Of a DNA stretch of 64,000 nt, positions 1 through 8,918 are shown piece after piece. The notes below the pieces were generated by a model that was not told the origin of the DNA, did not search any database, and saw only the letters and a program-made list of their open reading frames with translations. Both the position numbers and the translations under genes were made by a program. The stretch lies in assembly GCA_043809315.1 (NCBI GenBank), contig JAZDDX010000027.1, positions 6,943 to 70,942 on the forward strand, written 5' to 3'. Positions within the stretch are counted from its first letter, which is position 1; each line of letters begins with the position of its first letter. The stretch comes from Pseudomonadota bacterium. GTDB taxonomy: Bacteria; Bdellovibrionota_G; JALEGL01; DATDPG01.

Positions 1-997
1 TGCCGGCACCCTGCAACCCCTTGCCTGCCTTGAGGTCGCGCTCACCCTGCAACCCGTACCGGGCGTCCTTGTTCATCTTGCTTTCGGCCGATTTTGGGAT
101 CGCGGAGCCGCCGGCGAGTAGCTCGCTGAAGGCGTTTCGTTTTCCGGCCTTCGTGAAGAAGTCGAGGACTCCAGTCTTTCCGAGATCTTTCTGGGTCATC
201 GCGCCGGACCCCGGCACACCACGCCCGCGACGCCCTTCCTTTCCGGGCGCCCGTTCCCCTTCCCCTTCCTTTCCGACTTTTCCACGGCTCACGCCGGCAG
301 GGGCCATGGCGCGCAGTGGGACGTACGGCTTGATCTCCTTCGGCTCGATCAGGATCTTCTGGAATTTCGGCGACAGAGTTTTGAGTGTCATTTCGGCCGT
401 CTGGATCGGAGCGAGAAGCATGACCAGAAGGAACAGGAAGTGGAGGGCGAGAGAGGCGGAGAGCCAGCGGATGAAATACGGGTCGGCGAGGTTTTTCCAG
501 ATCGCCACCGGCGGGACGCGCTCGGGATCGGGGATCTCGTCAAAGTAGATGAGGAGAGTGCCGTGTTCCAGGCAGCCCCGGGATCCCTTGGGAAGTTGGA
601 AGACCTTGAAGGGGCCCGAAGCGGTCGAACCGACGTCCGCGAGCCGCTGGAGCTTGTTCGCGATCTGCAGGACCCCCCCGAAATGCTTGTTGAGGTTCAG
701 GGTGACGGTGCCGTCCAGGTTGTACGCCACCAGCACGTGTCTCTCGGGGAGGTCCCTTGTCGGCACCTGGAAGGTGTTCTTCTGGGTCGGGCCGAAGGTG
801 ATCTGCGTGCCGGCGGAGAAGAAGCGATCGTCGACCACACGGCCGAACGCCTGGATCACGATCCGGAGAACCTTCCGGCGGAGGTCGCGAGACGGTTCGT
901 CCGCCTTCCGTGCGCGGTATCCGACGGAAAGAGTCCGGGGGTCGAAAAAGAGTTCCGAATTTGGATCCTGCGGAAGTTCGAGTCGCGCGTTCGGCAT
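1..997 (-). CDS. Single-pass membrane protein, 5' part only (C-terminus lies beyond the window). About 190-aa cytoplasmic N-domain, one TM helix (IRWLSASLALHFLFLLVMLLAPI), then a Lys/Gly-rich linker. TonB/GltG-like topology.
   Basis: Minus-strand frame with no stop from the ATG at 995-997 (AAGGAG 7 nt upstream) to the window edge. It is absent from the ORF track only because it has no stop. It follows the stop of the 1016..1654 shadow ORF in the same frame and starts 11 nt after the 1009..1293 ORF ends. The + strand ORFs 21..548, 440..1012 and 549..1124 are its antisense shadows. Confidence 0.55.
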   Translation of the reverse strand, partial: MPNARLELPQDPNSELFFDPRTLSVGYRARKADEPSRDLRRKVLRIVIQAFGRVVDDRFFSAGTQITFGPTQKNTFQVPTRDLPERHVLVAYNLDGTVTLNLNKHFGGVLQIANKLQRLADVGSTASGPFKVFQLPKGSRGCLEHGTLLIYFDEIPDPERVPPVAIWKNLADPYFIRWLSASLALHFLFLLVMLLAPIQTAEMTLKTLSPKFQKILIEPKEIKPYVPLRAMAPAGVSRGKVGKEGEGERAPGKEGRRGRGVPGSGAMTQKDLGKTGVLDFFTKAGKRNAFSELLAGGSAIPKSAESKMNKDARYGLQGERDLKAGKGLQGAG

Positions 998-1008
998 CGG
1001 TTTCTCCT

Positions 1009-1293
1009 TTAAAATTCATCCACCGAACGGACGATGTTCGGCAGGAAACTCTCGTCCAGGTCGAGAAGACGGCGGAAGCGGAATTCGGGCGGTTCCACGA
1101 TCGGCTGCACTTCCGGTTTCTTGAGCTTTCCCAGGATGTCGACCTCGTTGAAGTCGTACACCGTTTTTCCGGACCTCACCCGGCGGGGCTCGGTGGGGGA
1201 TCCCAGCTGCGGGTTCGGCTGGTTCTGAGCCAGAACGGTTCCCGCGAGCAGCAAGAAAACGAGAGACGGGACGGTTACGATCCTCCATCTCAT
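1009..1293 (-). CDS. Small secreted protein (94 aa) with an N-terminal signal peptide (VPSLVFLLLAGTVLAQN).
   Basis: The ORF start overlaps the stop of the 1369-aa TPR gene (translational coupling). It has a signal peptide and lies inside the operon. Confidence 0.5.
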   Translation of the reverse strand: MRWRIVTVPSLVFLLLAGTVLAQNQPNPQLGSPTEPRRVRSGKTVYDFNEVDILGKLKKPEVQPIVEPPEFRFRRLLDLDESFLPNIVRSVDEF

Positions 1294-4200
1294 TGGGATC
1301 CTCCCTTCGGCTGTTTCTCCTCCGCCGGAAGCTGGGGCGGGGGAGGGGCGGACGGTGTTGGGGCGGGACGGGGACGCTTCGGCATCGCCTGCAATTGTTT
1401 GATGTACATGAACACCTCGTGGTCGGGACGGATCTTCCCGCGCTCGACCGAGGCGAACTGACGGAAGTACTTGAGCGCGCTCTCGGCATCCTGCAACCGG
1501 TTCTGGTAGAGGAGCCCCATATTGAAGAGGGCGGCCGAATGGGTCGGGTCGGCATCCAGAATGGCCGCGAACGCCTGACGCGACTTCGCCACGTCGTTCG
1601 TCGCCTGATACGCCGTTCCGAGGTTCTCGATCGCCTGGAAATGAAGCGGATCAAAGTTCAAGACCTGTTGGTATCCGGCGATGGCCGCCGGATAGTTCGA
1701 GTACTTGAGGTACAGATTGGCGAGGTTGAGCCGGGGGTCGATCGCGTTCGGCGCCAGCTCGGAAGCTTTCTTGAACTCCGCGATCGCATTCTTCATCAGG
1801 TCCATCCCGATGTAAACGAGACCGAGGTTGTTGTACGTGTCGGCGGTCGCCGAGTTGATCTTCTTCCCTTTCTGAAGGGTCAGTTCCGCGAGATCGTACG
1901 CCTGGGTCTGATAGTAGATCAGGGCCAGATTGTTGATCGCCGAAATGCTCGTCTTGTCGACATTCAGAATTTCCCGGATCAGCGCGAGCGCCGATCCGTA
2001 GTCCTTCTTCCGCCGGTAGGCGATCGCGAGATCGTTCTTGAGCGCCAGGTTCGTTGGCTCCTTTGATAAGAGATCTCGGTAGATCGGGATGGCCCGGACG
2101 GCTTGTCCGGTCTCCGTAAGCGCGCGGGCAAGTTCCAAAAAGCCGACGTTCGTGCGCGATTGGACGAGAGAGGCGCTTTCAAACGAACTCGCCGCCTTAC
2201 CGAGGCGTCCCAACGTCCGGTAGGCGCGGCCGAGGGCCATGTACGCTCCGAAGTCCCTCGGGTCGGACTCGATCGCCAGGAGATTTTGGTCCATCTCACG
2301 GCGGAAGTCGGCCGGTGTGCGGCTCGAGGCTTGCCCCGCCGGGAGGGAGACGAACGGCTCACTGAGATGCATGGTGAGATCGACGTACCCCCGTCGCGGA
2401 GGATAGAGATCCGGTTTGAACTCGGTCAACGCCGCGTACGATTTAAGCGCCCACTCGTTGAAGACCTCCAGCTCGAACGCTTTCTTGATCGCCTTCTCGT
2501 AGGCCTCAACCGCTTTTTCCTCGATCGGGGCCGCCCGATTGGTGAGCTCTTGCTGATACATCTGCACCTCTTCGGGCGTGAGCTTCTTCGGGACCGGCGC
2601 GTTGAAGAGCGCCTGGCTGAACTCTTGGTAAATCACGCCGACGTGATGGAGGGCTGCCACCCCCATCTCCGGATCGCCGAAGTTGATGATGTCGAGGTAG
2701 CGGTCGCGCAGCTTCTTCAAGAGGAGCGCCTTCTGTTCGATCGCCCGAGTCAGGGCCGCCTGCGGCATTCGGAGACGGATCTCCCGGAAATCAGCCAACA
2801 TCGGTTTGGTCAGTTCGAGTGCAGCCTTCGCGGCATAGAGCCCAGCTCCCTTCACCTCGGGATCGGCCGCATACTGACGATGAACGTAGACGGCGCTCTG
2901 ATACGCTCGGGTCTCCCCCGCTTCGTCTTTCGTTTTTCCGAGCGCCTGTCCCAGCCGATAGTACGCTTCGATGACCCGTGCCCTCCGACTCGAATGCCGG
3001 CGCGGAAAATCCTTGAAGGCCGCGATGGCGTCGGTCCAGTGACGCTGTTTTTCATGGATGAGGGCGATCGAGAAGGCGATCTCCGCACTGTCTTTCGAGT
3101 TCGGATACCGTTTCAGGTGGGTCTCGTAACTCGCCAGGGCTCGCGGATACTCCCGAAGGTTCTCCTCGTACGTCCCCGCGTTGAAGAGCGCGTCCGCCGC
3201 GTATTTTCCCTTGGGGTCCTTCTCGGCGAGCAGTTCGTAATACTGGGCCGCATGGGCGTAATCGAGCTTGTCGTCGAAGTAGGTGGCCAGGGCCAGCGCC
3301 AGCTTGGAGACCATCTCGGAGTCCGGGTACTTGCGGAGGAACCGGTTCGACGTGCCCATCGCCTTTTCCGAGGCATCCGCGTTGATGTAATCGATGGCGG
3401 CGTTGAACAGCGCCTTGTCGGCGTACTTCGAATCGGGGTATTTTATCGCCAATTTTTCGAACATCTCGGCGGCCGCGACGTACTCTTTTTTATCCTCCGT
3501 CACCTTCGCCTTCTGGAAGATCGAACCCTGGATCAGCTCGAGCAGCTTCGCCCGGGTCTCGGCCGTCGCGTAGCTCTTGTCCGCGAGGAAGGTCTCTGCC
3601 CATTTTCCGAGGTTCTCCCAGTCCTTCCGGATGTTGTAGATGTCGAGGATCAGATCACGGGCCGTGTGGGAGGCCGGTGACTGCGGGTACTTTTTCACGA
3701 TGCCGAAGAATCCATCGCTCGCCCGCGAGAACTGATTGTAGTTATAAAGGAGCTGAGAACGCTGGAGCGCGATGTCGGGGACGCGAGGATCCTGGGGGAA
3801 CGAGCCGATGTAGGCCTCGTCAACTTCGATCAACCGCTGTGCGTAGACGGAGAGGAACAGCGGCTCGTAGTTGTCCTTTTGTTTGATCCCTTTGGTCTCG
3901 AGGTTCTTGTAATAAACCTTCTCGAGCTCGGTCAACGCGTCCATCTCACCGACGAGAGCTTCTTTGCGCCGTTTCCCGTTCTTGTCCGCCTTGGCGACAC
4001 GGTCGAACTCCGTGACCGCCTGGGCGTACATCTTGTTTTTGAAGAGCAGATCCGCATACAGGTAGCGGTTCTCGTAGGCGTTCTTGTGGTCGCCGAACCG
4101 ATCGAGGTATTTCCAGTAGTAGTTCAGCGCGGCACGTGTGTATCCCGCCGATTTCGCCGGATCGGTCTTCGCCGTCTGCTGCGAAAGCTCGTGATACTTC

Positions 4201-5399
4201 TTCGGGATGAACCGGGCGTAAACCTCCGATCGCTCGTAGGCGTACTCCCGCATCTCCGGATCGTTGGCCTGCCGGTACCAGATCGAGTTCTTGTCGTACA
4301 TGGAGATGAACTCCTCCATTTCCGACATCGCGTGCGTTAAGTCCTGGCTCTTGTCGTAGCAATCGACCAGCTTGGAATGGTATTTCGGCCGCTCCGCGCC
4401 GAACGGTTCGATCGCCATCAGCCGCCGGATGGTGGCGATCGCCTTGTCGTAGCGGGCCTGCTCGAAGTAGATGTTCGACAACTTCTGGAGGACCTTCTTC
4501 GCGTATTCCGGCTCGCCGATCGAAACGAAGTACTGCTGGGCTTCGTCGATCAGGCCGAGATCGGAATAAAAGATGACCAGATCCTTGAGAGCCTCATCCC
4601 GCAGCTCGAGTTCGCCACGGATCCCTTTAGAGCTCCGGACGACCTTCTGCATGACCTGGGTCGCCGGATTGATCTTCCCCTGGTTGTAGAAGCACCAGCT
4701 GAGCTTGTAGAGGGCGAAATTGTAGAGTTTGCTCGGTTCTTTGAGGACGATGTTGAAGGCGGCGATCGCCTCGTCGAAACGGCGGGCCATGAACTCGAGA
4801 TCGCCGATCTCCATATAGGAGTCGAGGCGAAATTTGCTCTTCGGGAACCTTGCGACCAGCTCCTTGAAGTACCCGAGGGCTTGGGAATCCCCGACCTCGG
4901 TGGCGTGGAACCCCGCCAGGAACATCACCTCGTCGAGCCGGTCGTAGGTCGAAGCGGTCTGAATGATCTGTTTGTACAGCGTGAAAGAAGCGGCGCCGGA
5001 GAACTGCGGCTCGACCGGCCTGACTTTCCGTTTTCCCTGGAACCACTCGTCGTACGCCTTGTTGTAAACTTCCATCTGCTGGAAATAGCGGGAACGGTTG
5101 TTCAGCCAGTACAACTCCGCGATCCGGAAGTACATGTCGGCCCGCCGATTGGGCTCGGTGGTCCTTTTCAAGAGCCGGGTCAGGATCGCGATCTCTTCCC
5201 GGATCTTCTGGGAGAGCGCTTGGTCGACCTGGTAGTCGGGAATCGAAAACGCCTCGAAGACCCCCGGTTTGAAGGAGCCGCGGCGGGGCTGCTCCTTCGG
5301 CGCGGCGGGGACTTTGGCCGGAGCCTCCGCTCCGCCGGCGGGGATCGCCAGGCTTAGCGTCAGGAGAAAACTCGTGAGCGCGATCCGCCTCGCGGTCAC
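1290..5399 (-). CDS. Very large secreted multi-TPR repeat protein (1369 aa), GltD/NfsD(AgmU)-like scaffold.
   Basis: The N-terminal signal peptide is MTARRIALTSFLLTLSLAIPAGGAEA. Tetratricopeptide-like repeats recur along the whole length (Y/F/A/L periodicity, many AxxxY/AxxxF motifs). It overlaps both neighbours by 4 nt. Confidence 0.85.
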   Translation of the reverse strand: MTARRIALTSFLLTLSLAIPAGGAEAPAKVPAAPKEQPRRGSFKPGVFEAFSIPDYQVDQALSQKIREEIAILTRLLKRTTEPNRRADMYFRIAELYWLNNRSRYFQQMEVYNKAYDEWFQGKRKVRPVEPQFSGAASFTLYKQIIQTASTYDRLDEVMFLAGFHATEVGDSQALGYFKELVARFPKSKFRLDSYMEIGDLEFMARRFDEAIAAFNIVLKEPSKLYNFALYKLSWCFYNQGKINPATQVMQKVVRSSKGIRGELELRDEALKDLVIFYSDLGLIDEAQQYFVSIGEPEYAKKVLQKLSNIYFEQARYDKAIATIRRLMAIEPFGAERPKYHSKLVDCYDKSQDLTHAMSEMEEFISMYDKNSIWYRQANDPEMREYAYERSEVYARFIPKKYHELSQQTAKTDPAKSAGYTRAALNYYWKYLDRFGDHKNAYENRYLYADLLFKNKMYAQAVTEFDRVAKADKNGKRRKEALVGEMDALTELEKVYYKNLETKGIKQKDNYEPLFLSVYAQRLIEVDEAYIGSFPQDPRVPDIALQRSQLLYNYNQFSRASDGFFGIVKKYPQSPASHTARDLILDIYNIRKDWENLGKWAETFLADKSYATAETRAKLLELIQGSIFQKAKVTEDKKEYVAAAEMFEKLAIKYPDSKYADKALFNAAIDYINADASEKAMGTSNRFLRKYPDSEMVSKLALALATYFDDKLDYAHAAQYYELLAEKDPKGKYAADALFNAGTYEENLREYPRALASYETHLKRYPNSKDSAEIAFSIALIHEKQRHWTDAIAAFKDFPRRHSSRRARVIEAYYRLGQALGKTKDEAGETRAYQSAVYVHRQYAADPEVKGAGLYAAKAALELTKPMLADFREIRLRMPQAALTRAIEQKALLLKKLRDRYLDIINFGDPEMGVAALHHVGVIYQEFSQALFNAPVPKKLTPEEVQMYQQELTNRAAPIEEKAVEAYEKAIKKAFELEVFNEWALKSYAALTEFKPDLYPPRRGYVDLTMHLSEPFVSLPAGQASSRTPADFRREMDQNLLAIESDPRDFGAYMALGRAYRTLGRLGKAASSFESASLVQSRTNVGFLELARALTETGQAVRAIPIYRDLLSKEPTNLALKNDLAIAYRRKKDYGSALALIREILNVDKTSISAINNLALIYYQTQAYDLAELTLQKGKKINSATADTYNNLGLVYIGMDLMKNAIAEFKKASELAPNAIDPRLNLANLYLKYSNYPAAIAGYQQVLNFDPLHFQAIENLGTAYQATNDVAKSRQAFAAILDADPTHSAALFNMGLLYQNRLQDAESALKYFRQFASVERGKIRPDHEVFMYIKQLQAMPKRPRPAPTPSAPPPPQLPAEEKQPKGGSQ

Positions 5400-7024
5400 T
5401 TCGCGGTCTCCCCGATCTCTTTACATCGACTCTTGAGGTTGTAGAGATACGAGCCGACCTCGTCCTTCCAGAACTCTCCCGAGTAGTCCCACCACATCAT
5501 CGTTTCTTTCAGACTGTCGGTGAACTCGGGCTTGATCAGCTCCGCGTCGGTCAGAACCGGTGGCGCCAGACGGAGCGAGCGCGTCTGGAGAATCTTCCGC
5601 TCGGCGCTGACGACCTCGTACCGGAGCAGGTCCTTGATATCGAGGAAGTCCTGGATCATCCGGCGGGTCTTCAAAAGCTTCTGCCCCGCCAGGTAGCTCG
5701 CTTTGAGAACGAGGTCACCGGAACGTTGCTGGAGAAGCTTCGACAGCAGATCGGCACGCGGGCGGTGCAGATCGGCAAGATTTTTTCGCTCCGAGGCCAG
5801 ACGCTCGATGTAGTGGTGAACGCCGAGGAAATCCCGCTCGGCCGCCGCGAGGTTGAAGAGGGAGCGGTACGCGTACGCCTCGCTCCCGTCCGGCTTGCGG
5901 ACCTTGCTGCTCAAGAGCGGGTAATACTCGCGCGGGGACTGTGCCTGGCGGGCGAAACGGTCGATGTCTCGGCCCAGGCCGGTGAACTGATCCTCGACCC
6001 CTTTGAGGGTGCCGACGGCGTCCTGGTATAGACAGAGCTCGAGGTAGATCGCCCCCGATAGAAGGTACGACTTCAAAAAATAGATCTGCTCGAAAAACGG
6101 ACTCTGCACCGAGTGGAGGACCGACAGCGACTCGTTGAACTTGTGCATTTTGAAGAGGGCCCAGCTCGCCTCGTAGAGGGCCGGGGGGTAGAACTCACCG
6201 TCCTCCTTGACCTTCTTGTAGTAGACGATCGAGAGCGGATAGTTCTTCATCTCGTAGAAAATCCGTCCCAGCGCGAGGTTCGCAAGCTGGCGGATTTTCT
6301 GGTTCTCGTAATACTCGACCGGCGACCTCGTGTCGGAGATCAACCGGAAGGCCGCAATCGCGCCGCGGAGGTTGTTCCGCTTCACCGCCATGGCTCCCAT
6401 CACGTACTCGGCCGCCAGAAAGAGACGGTTCCGCCGCGGGATCGAACCCATCCACTTATCGGCCGTGTCGTAATCCAGCTTTTCGTAGAGGTCCTTCGCG
6501 ATGAAATAGCGGAACTCCTCGCGAAGGGAGAGGGGGACCTTTTCCGGCGGGATGGTCGAAGCGAGATAAAGAATCAGCTCGTCGTCCTTGAGCTCCTGTG
6601 CGATCGAGATCGCCCTCCGCAACGACTCAAATGTGTGGGGTTGGACCGGCTCCTTTTCGACGATGTCGACGAAGTACAGAAGCGACCCGTACGCGACCTT
6701 CATCTCGTACAGGACGTACGCCAGATAATACTTGGCGAACGAGTATTCCGGATAATTGGCGAGCCGTTCGTTCGCGAGGATCCGGTCGAACGAGTTGAAC
6801 GCCTCCGACCACTTCCGGTCGGTGATATGTTTCCGCCCGGTATCCAACTCGTTCACGAGACCTAGATACAGTGGGTTTCCGCCGACCACCTGTTTCCGTT
6901 TGTCGAGAGTTCGCTGAATCCGTTCCTCCAGCTTCTGATCGAGGTCCTGGGAAAACGCCGGAGGAGCCGCGAACAACGCAGCCAAAGCGACCGATAGGGT
7001 GACGATCCGGTTGCGCTTAGTCAT
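5396..7024 (-). CDS. Secreted TPR-repeat protein (542 aa), GltC/GltE/NfsC-like.
   Basis: The signal peptide is LSVALAALFAAPPAFSQD. TPR-like repeats are present (YYLAYVLYEMK, ALGRIFYEMKNY, AIYLELCLYQDA). It overlaps the upstream and downstream genes. Confidence 0.8.
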   Translation of the reverse strand: MTKRNRIVTLSVALAALFAAPPAFSQDLDQKLEERIQRTLDKRKQVVGGNPLYLGLVNELDTGRKHITDRKWSEAFNSFDRILANERLANYPEYSFAKYYLAYVLYEMKVAYGSLLYFVDIVEKEPVQPHTFESLRRAISIAQELKDDELILYLASTIPPEKVPLSLREEFRYFIAKDLYEKLDYDTADKWMGSIPRRNRLFLAAEYVMGAMAVKRNNLRGAIAAFRLISDTRSPVEYYENQKIRQLANLALGRIFYEMKNYPLSIVYYKKVKEDGEFYPPALYEASWALFKMHKFNESLSVLHSVQSPFFEQIYFLKSYLLSGAIYLELCLYQDAVGTLKGVEDQFTGLGRDIDRFARQAQSPREYYPLLSSKVRKPDGSEAYAYRSLFNLAAAERDFLGVHHYIERLASERKNLADLHRPRADLLSKLLQQRSGDLVLKASYLAGQKLLKTRRMIQDFLDIKDLLRYEVVSAERKILQTRSLRLAPPVLTDAELIKPEFTDSLKETMMWWDYSGEFWKDEVGSYLYNLKSRCKEIGETAK

Positions 7025-7739
7025 AGGGATGCGGGGGGAGGAAGAAGGAGACCCCGAGCAGCATCATGCGGTTGTTGATGATGTGGTAATAAGGTGGTCC
7101 TTCGCGCACGGTGATGTTCCGGAGATCGAGTCGGATCGCGCACCAGTCGTTTAGGTAGACCTTCGTTCCGACCCCCACGTTGAAGCCGAAGTGTTTCTGT
7201 GTATTCATCTTGAAGAGGCCGCCACCGGCCACCATAAAGATGTCGAAGTGATAGATCTTCTTCGAGAAGAGGCTGAACTTCCCGTAAATCGGGGACCAGA
7301 CCAGGCTAGCGATCGCGATATGTTTCATCGGATCGGGGGCCGGGTTGAGCGTCACGGAGCACTTCCCGTTGGCGTTGGGTGTAGCCCCCGTCGGACAGTC
7401 GACGTTCTTCAGGTCGTTGATGATCGGTTTGTTCTGGTGAATCATGAGAGAGTACGACCCCTCGAATCCGAACGTCTCCCGGAAATGATAGGTGTATTTG
7501 AACCCCACCGACTCATACATCATGAACTGGTTGTCGGCGTTGATGCCGCCGTCGAGGGTGAATTCGTGCCGCCCCGTCTTTCGGAACATGCGGCGCTGAA
7601 CGACGTCGATTCCCTCTTTCCGGTAGTTCCCGATCTCACCCTCTTTCGCCGCGTCGGCTGCGTAAAGTGCCCCCGGGCCAAGGGGGCTCCCGACGAGGAA
7701 GAGAAGGAGACCGATCCAGGGGATTTTTCTCATCTTCAT
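7017..7739 (-). CDS. Outer-membrane beta-barrel domain protein.
   Basis: The signal peptide is MRKIPWIGLLLFLVGSPLGPGALYA, so the likely start is at about 7733-7739 (the ORF track extends to 7787). Alternating amphipathic beta-strands run to a C-terminal aromatic strand. It is the first gene of the TPR operon. Confidence 0.7.
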   Translation of the reverse strand: MKMRKIPWIGLLLFLVGSPLGPGALYAADAAKEGEIGNYRKEGIDVVQRRMFRKTGRHEFTLDGGINADNQFMMYESVGFKYTYHFRETFGFEGSYSLMIHQNKPIINDLKNVDCPTGATPNANGKCSVTLNPAPDPMKHIAIASLVWSPIYGKFSLFSKKIYHFDIFMVAGGGLFKMNTQKHFGFNVGVGTKVYLNDWCAIRLDLRNITVREGPPYYHIINNRMMLLGVSFFLPPHPYD

Positions 7740-7875
7740 CACTCTTTTCTGCTGGGGTTCAAGGGTCTTCGCAGGGCTCGTTCCCAAAAAACCATACCAG
7801 AAGGAATCCCCTAGTACAATCAGACACTTCGCTTGTTTTACTTGAGGCCTCCAACTTGAGTGCTATACCCGGGCG

Positions 7876-8868
7876 GTGTTGCGTACGAAAAAGGGGATCT
7901 CCCGGCATCACCATTCGATGGTGCGACACCTGGAAGCCGCACTCCGAGAGGATGCGGGATGGAAGCACGTTCAGCGTGTGCTCGTGGGGGTTTCGGGCGG
8001 CGTCGATTCTGCTGTGTTGCTCCATCTATTGTGCGCGCACCGAGAAAAAGGGGGGCCGGAGGTGGTCGCCGCGCACGTGCATCACGGTCTTCGGGGCGCC
8101 GAAGCGGATCGGGATGCGGAGATGGCGGAGAGAGTCGCGCGTGCGCACGGCTGCGACTTTCACGTTTCTCGTGTGGCCGGGAAGAAGCTCAAGACGAAGG
8201 CGGAGCATGCACTGCGGGCAGCTCGACTGGAGGCTTTGGAGCGAGTGGCGGTGTCTGTAGGCGCCGGCCGGATCGCGCTGGCCCACCACTTGGACGATCA
8301 GGCGGAGACCGTGCTGTTTCGTCTCCTCGGAGGGGCCGACCTGCGGGGTCTCGGCGGGATCCGCCCGTTCCGTCCGCCTCACTGGATCCGCCCGCTCTTG
8401 AATTTTTCCCGGGAGGAAATTGCGAAAGAGGCGAAGCTCTGTCGCCTGCCGTATGCCGTCGACTCGAGCAACCGGGAAACGCATTATCGTCGGAATTATC
8501 TCCGCCGGGTGGCGATTCCCATGTTGGAGAAAGAGTTCAATCCGCAACTTTCGCGCCATCTGGTCGCGCTGGCAGAGTCGATGCGGGAGACGAACGAGTT
8601 CCTGGATCGCCTTGCAGAGGAACTTCTCGATCGCGCGCGAATCGGCAAGGGGTACCGTTCCGATCTCTTGACGGAAGCCCCGGCGCCGGTGCGCCAGCGG
8701 GCGATTCAGATCGCGTTCAGCGAAAAAGCGGGGGAGGGCTCGGCCCTGCGTCGACCCCAGCTGGTAGCGATCGAGCGGCTCGTTTGTTCGACAGGTCGCC
8801 TTCGGACCTTTGCCCTGCCGCGGAATGTCCTCGCGGTCCGGGCGAAAAACCGGATCGAGTTCCGTTGA
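7876..8868 (+). CDS. tilS: tRNA(Ile)-lysidine synthetase.
   Basis: PP-loop SGGVDS motif (VLVGVSGGVDSAVLLHLL) and overall TilS architecture. It sits upstream of ftsH, as in many bacteria. Confidence 0.85.
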   Translation: MLRTKKGISRHHHSMVRHLEAALREDAGWKHVQRVLVGVSGGVDSAVLLHLLCAHREKGGPEVVAAHVHHGLRGAEADRDAEMAERVARAHGCDFHVSRVAGKKLKTKAEHALRAARLEALERVAVSVGAGRIALAHHLDDQAETVLFRLLGGADLRGLGGIRPFRPPHWIRPLLNFSREEIAKEAKLCRLPYAVDSSNRETHYRRNYLRRVAIPMLEKEFNPQLSRHLVALAESMRETNEFLDRLAEELLDRARIGKGYRSDLLTEAPAPVRQRAIQIAFSEKAGEGSALRRPQLVAIERLVCSTGRLRTFALPRNVLAVRAKNRIEFR

Positions 8869-8918
8869 ACGGGGCGGTGGGAGTGTGTTACCGTAACGCC
8901 CCAACGTAAGAGGTCGGA

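Noticed and set aside
21-1124. + strand ORFs 21..548, 440..1012, 549..1124 and 910..1461.
   Set aside because: Arg/Pro/Gly-rich low-complexity translations are typical antisense shadows in GC-rich DNA. They are explained by the minus-strand membrane-protein gene (<1..997) and the TPR gene.
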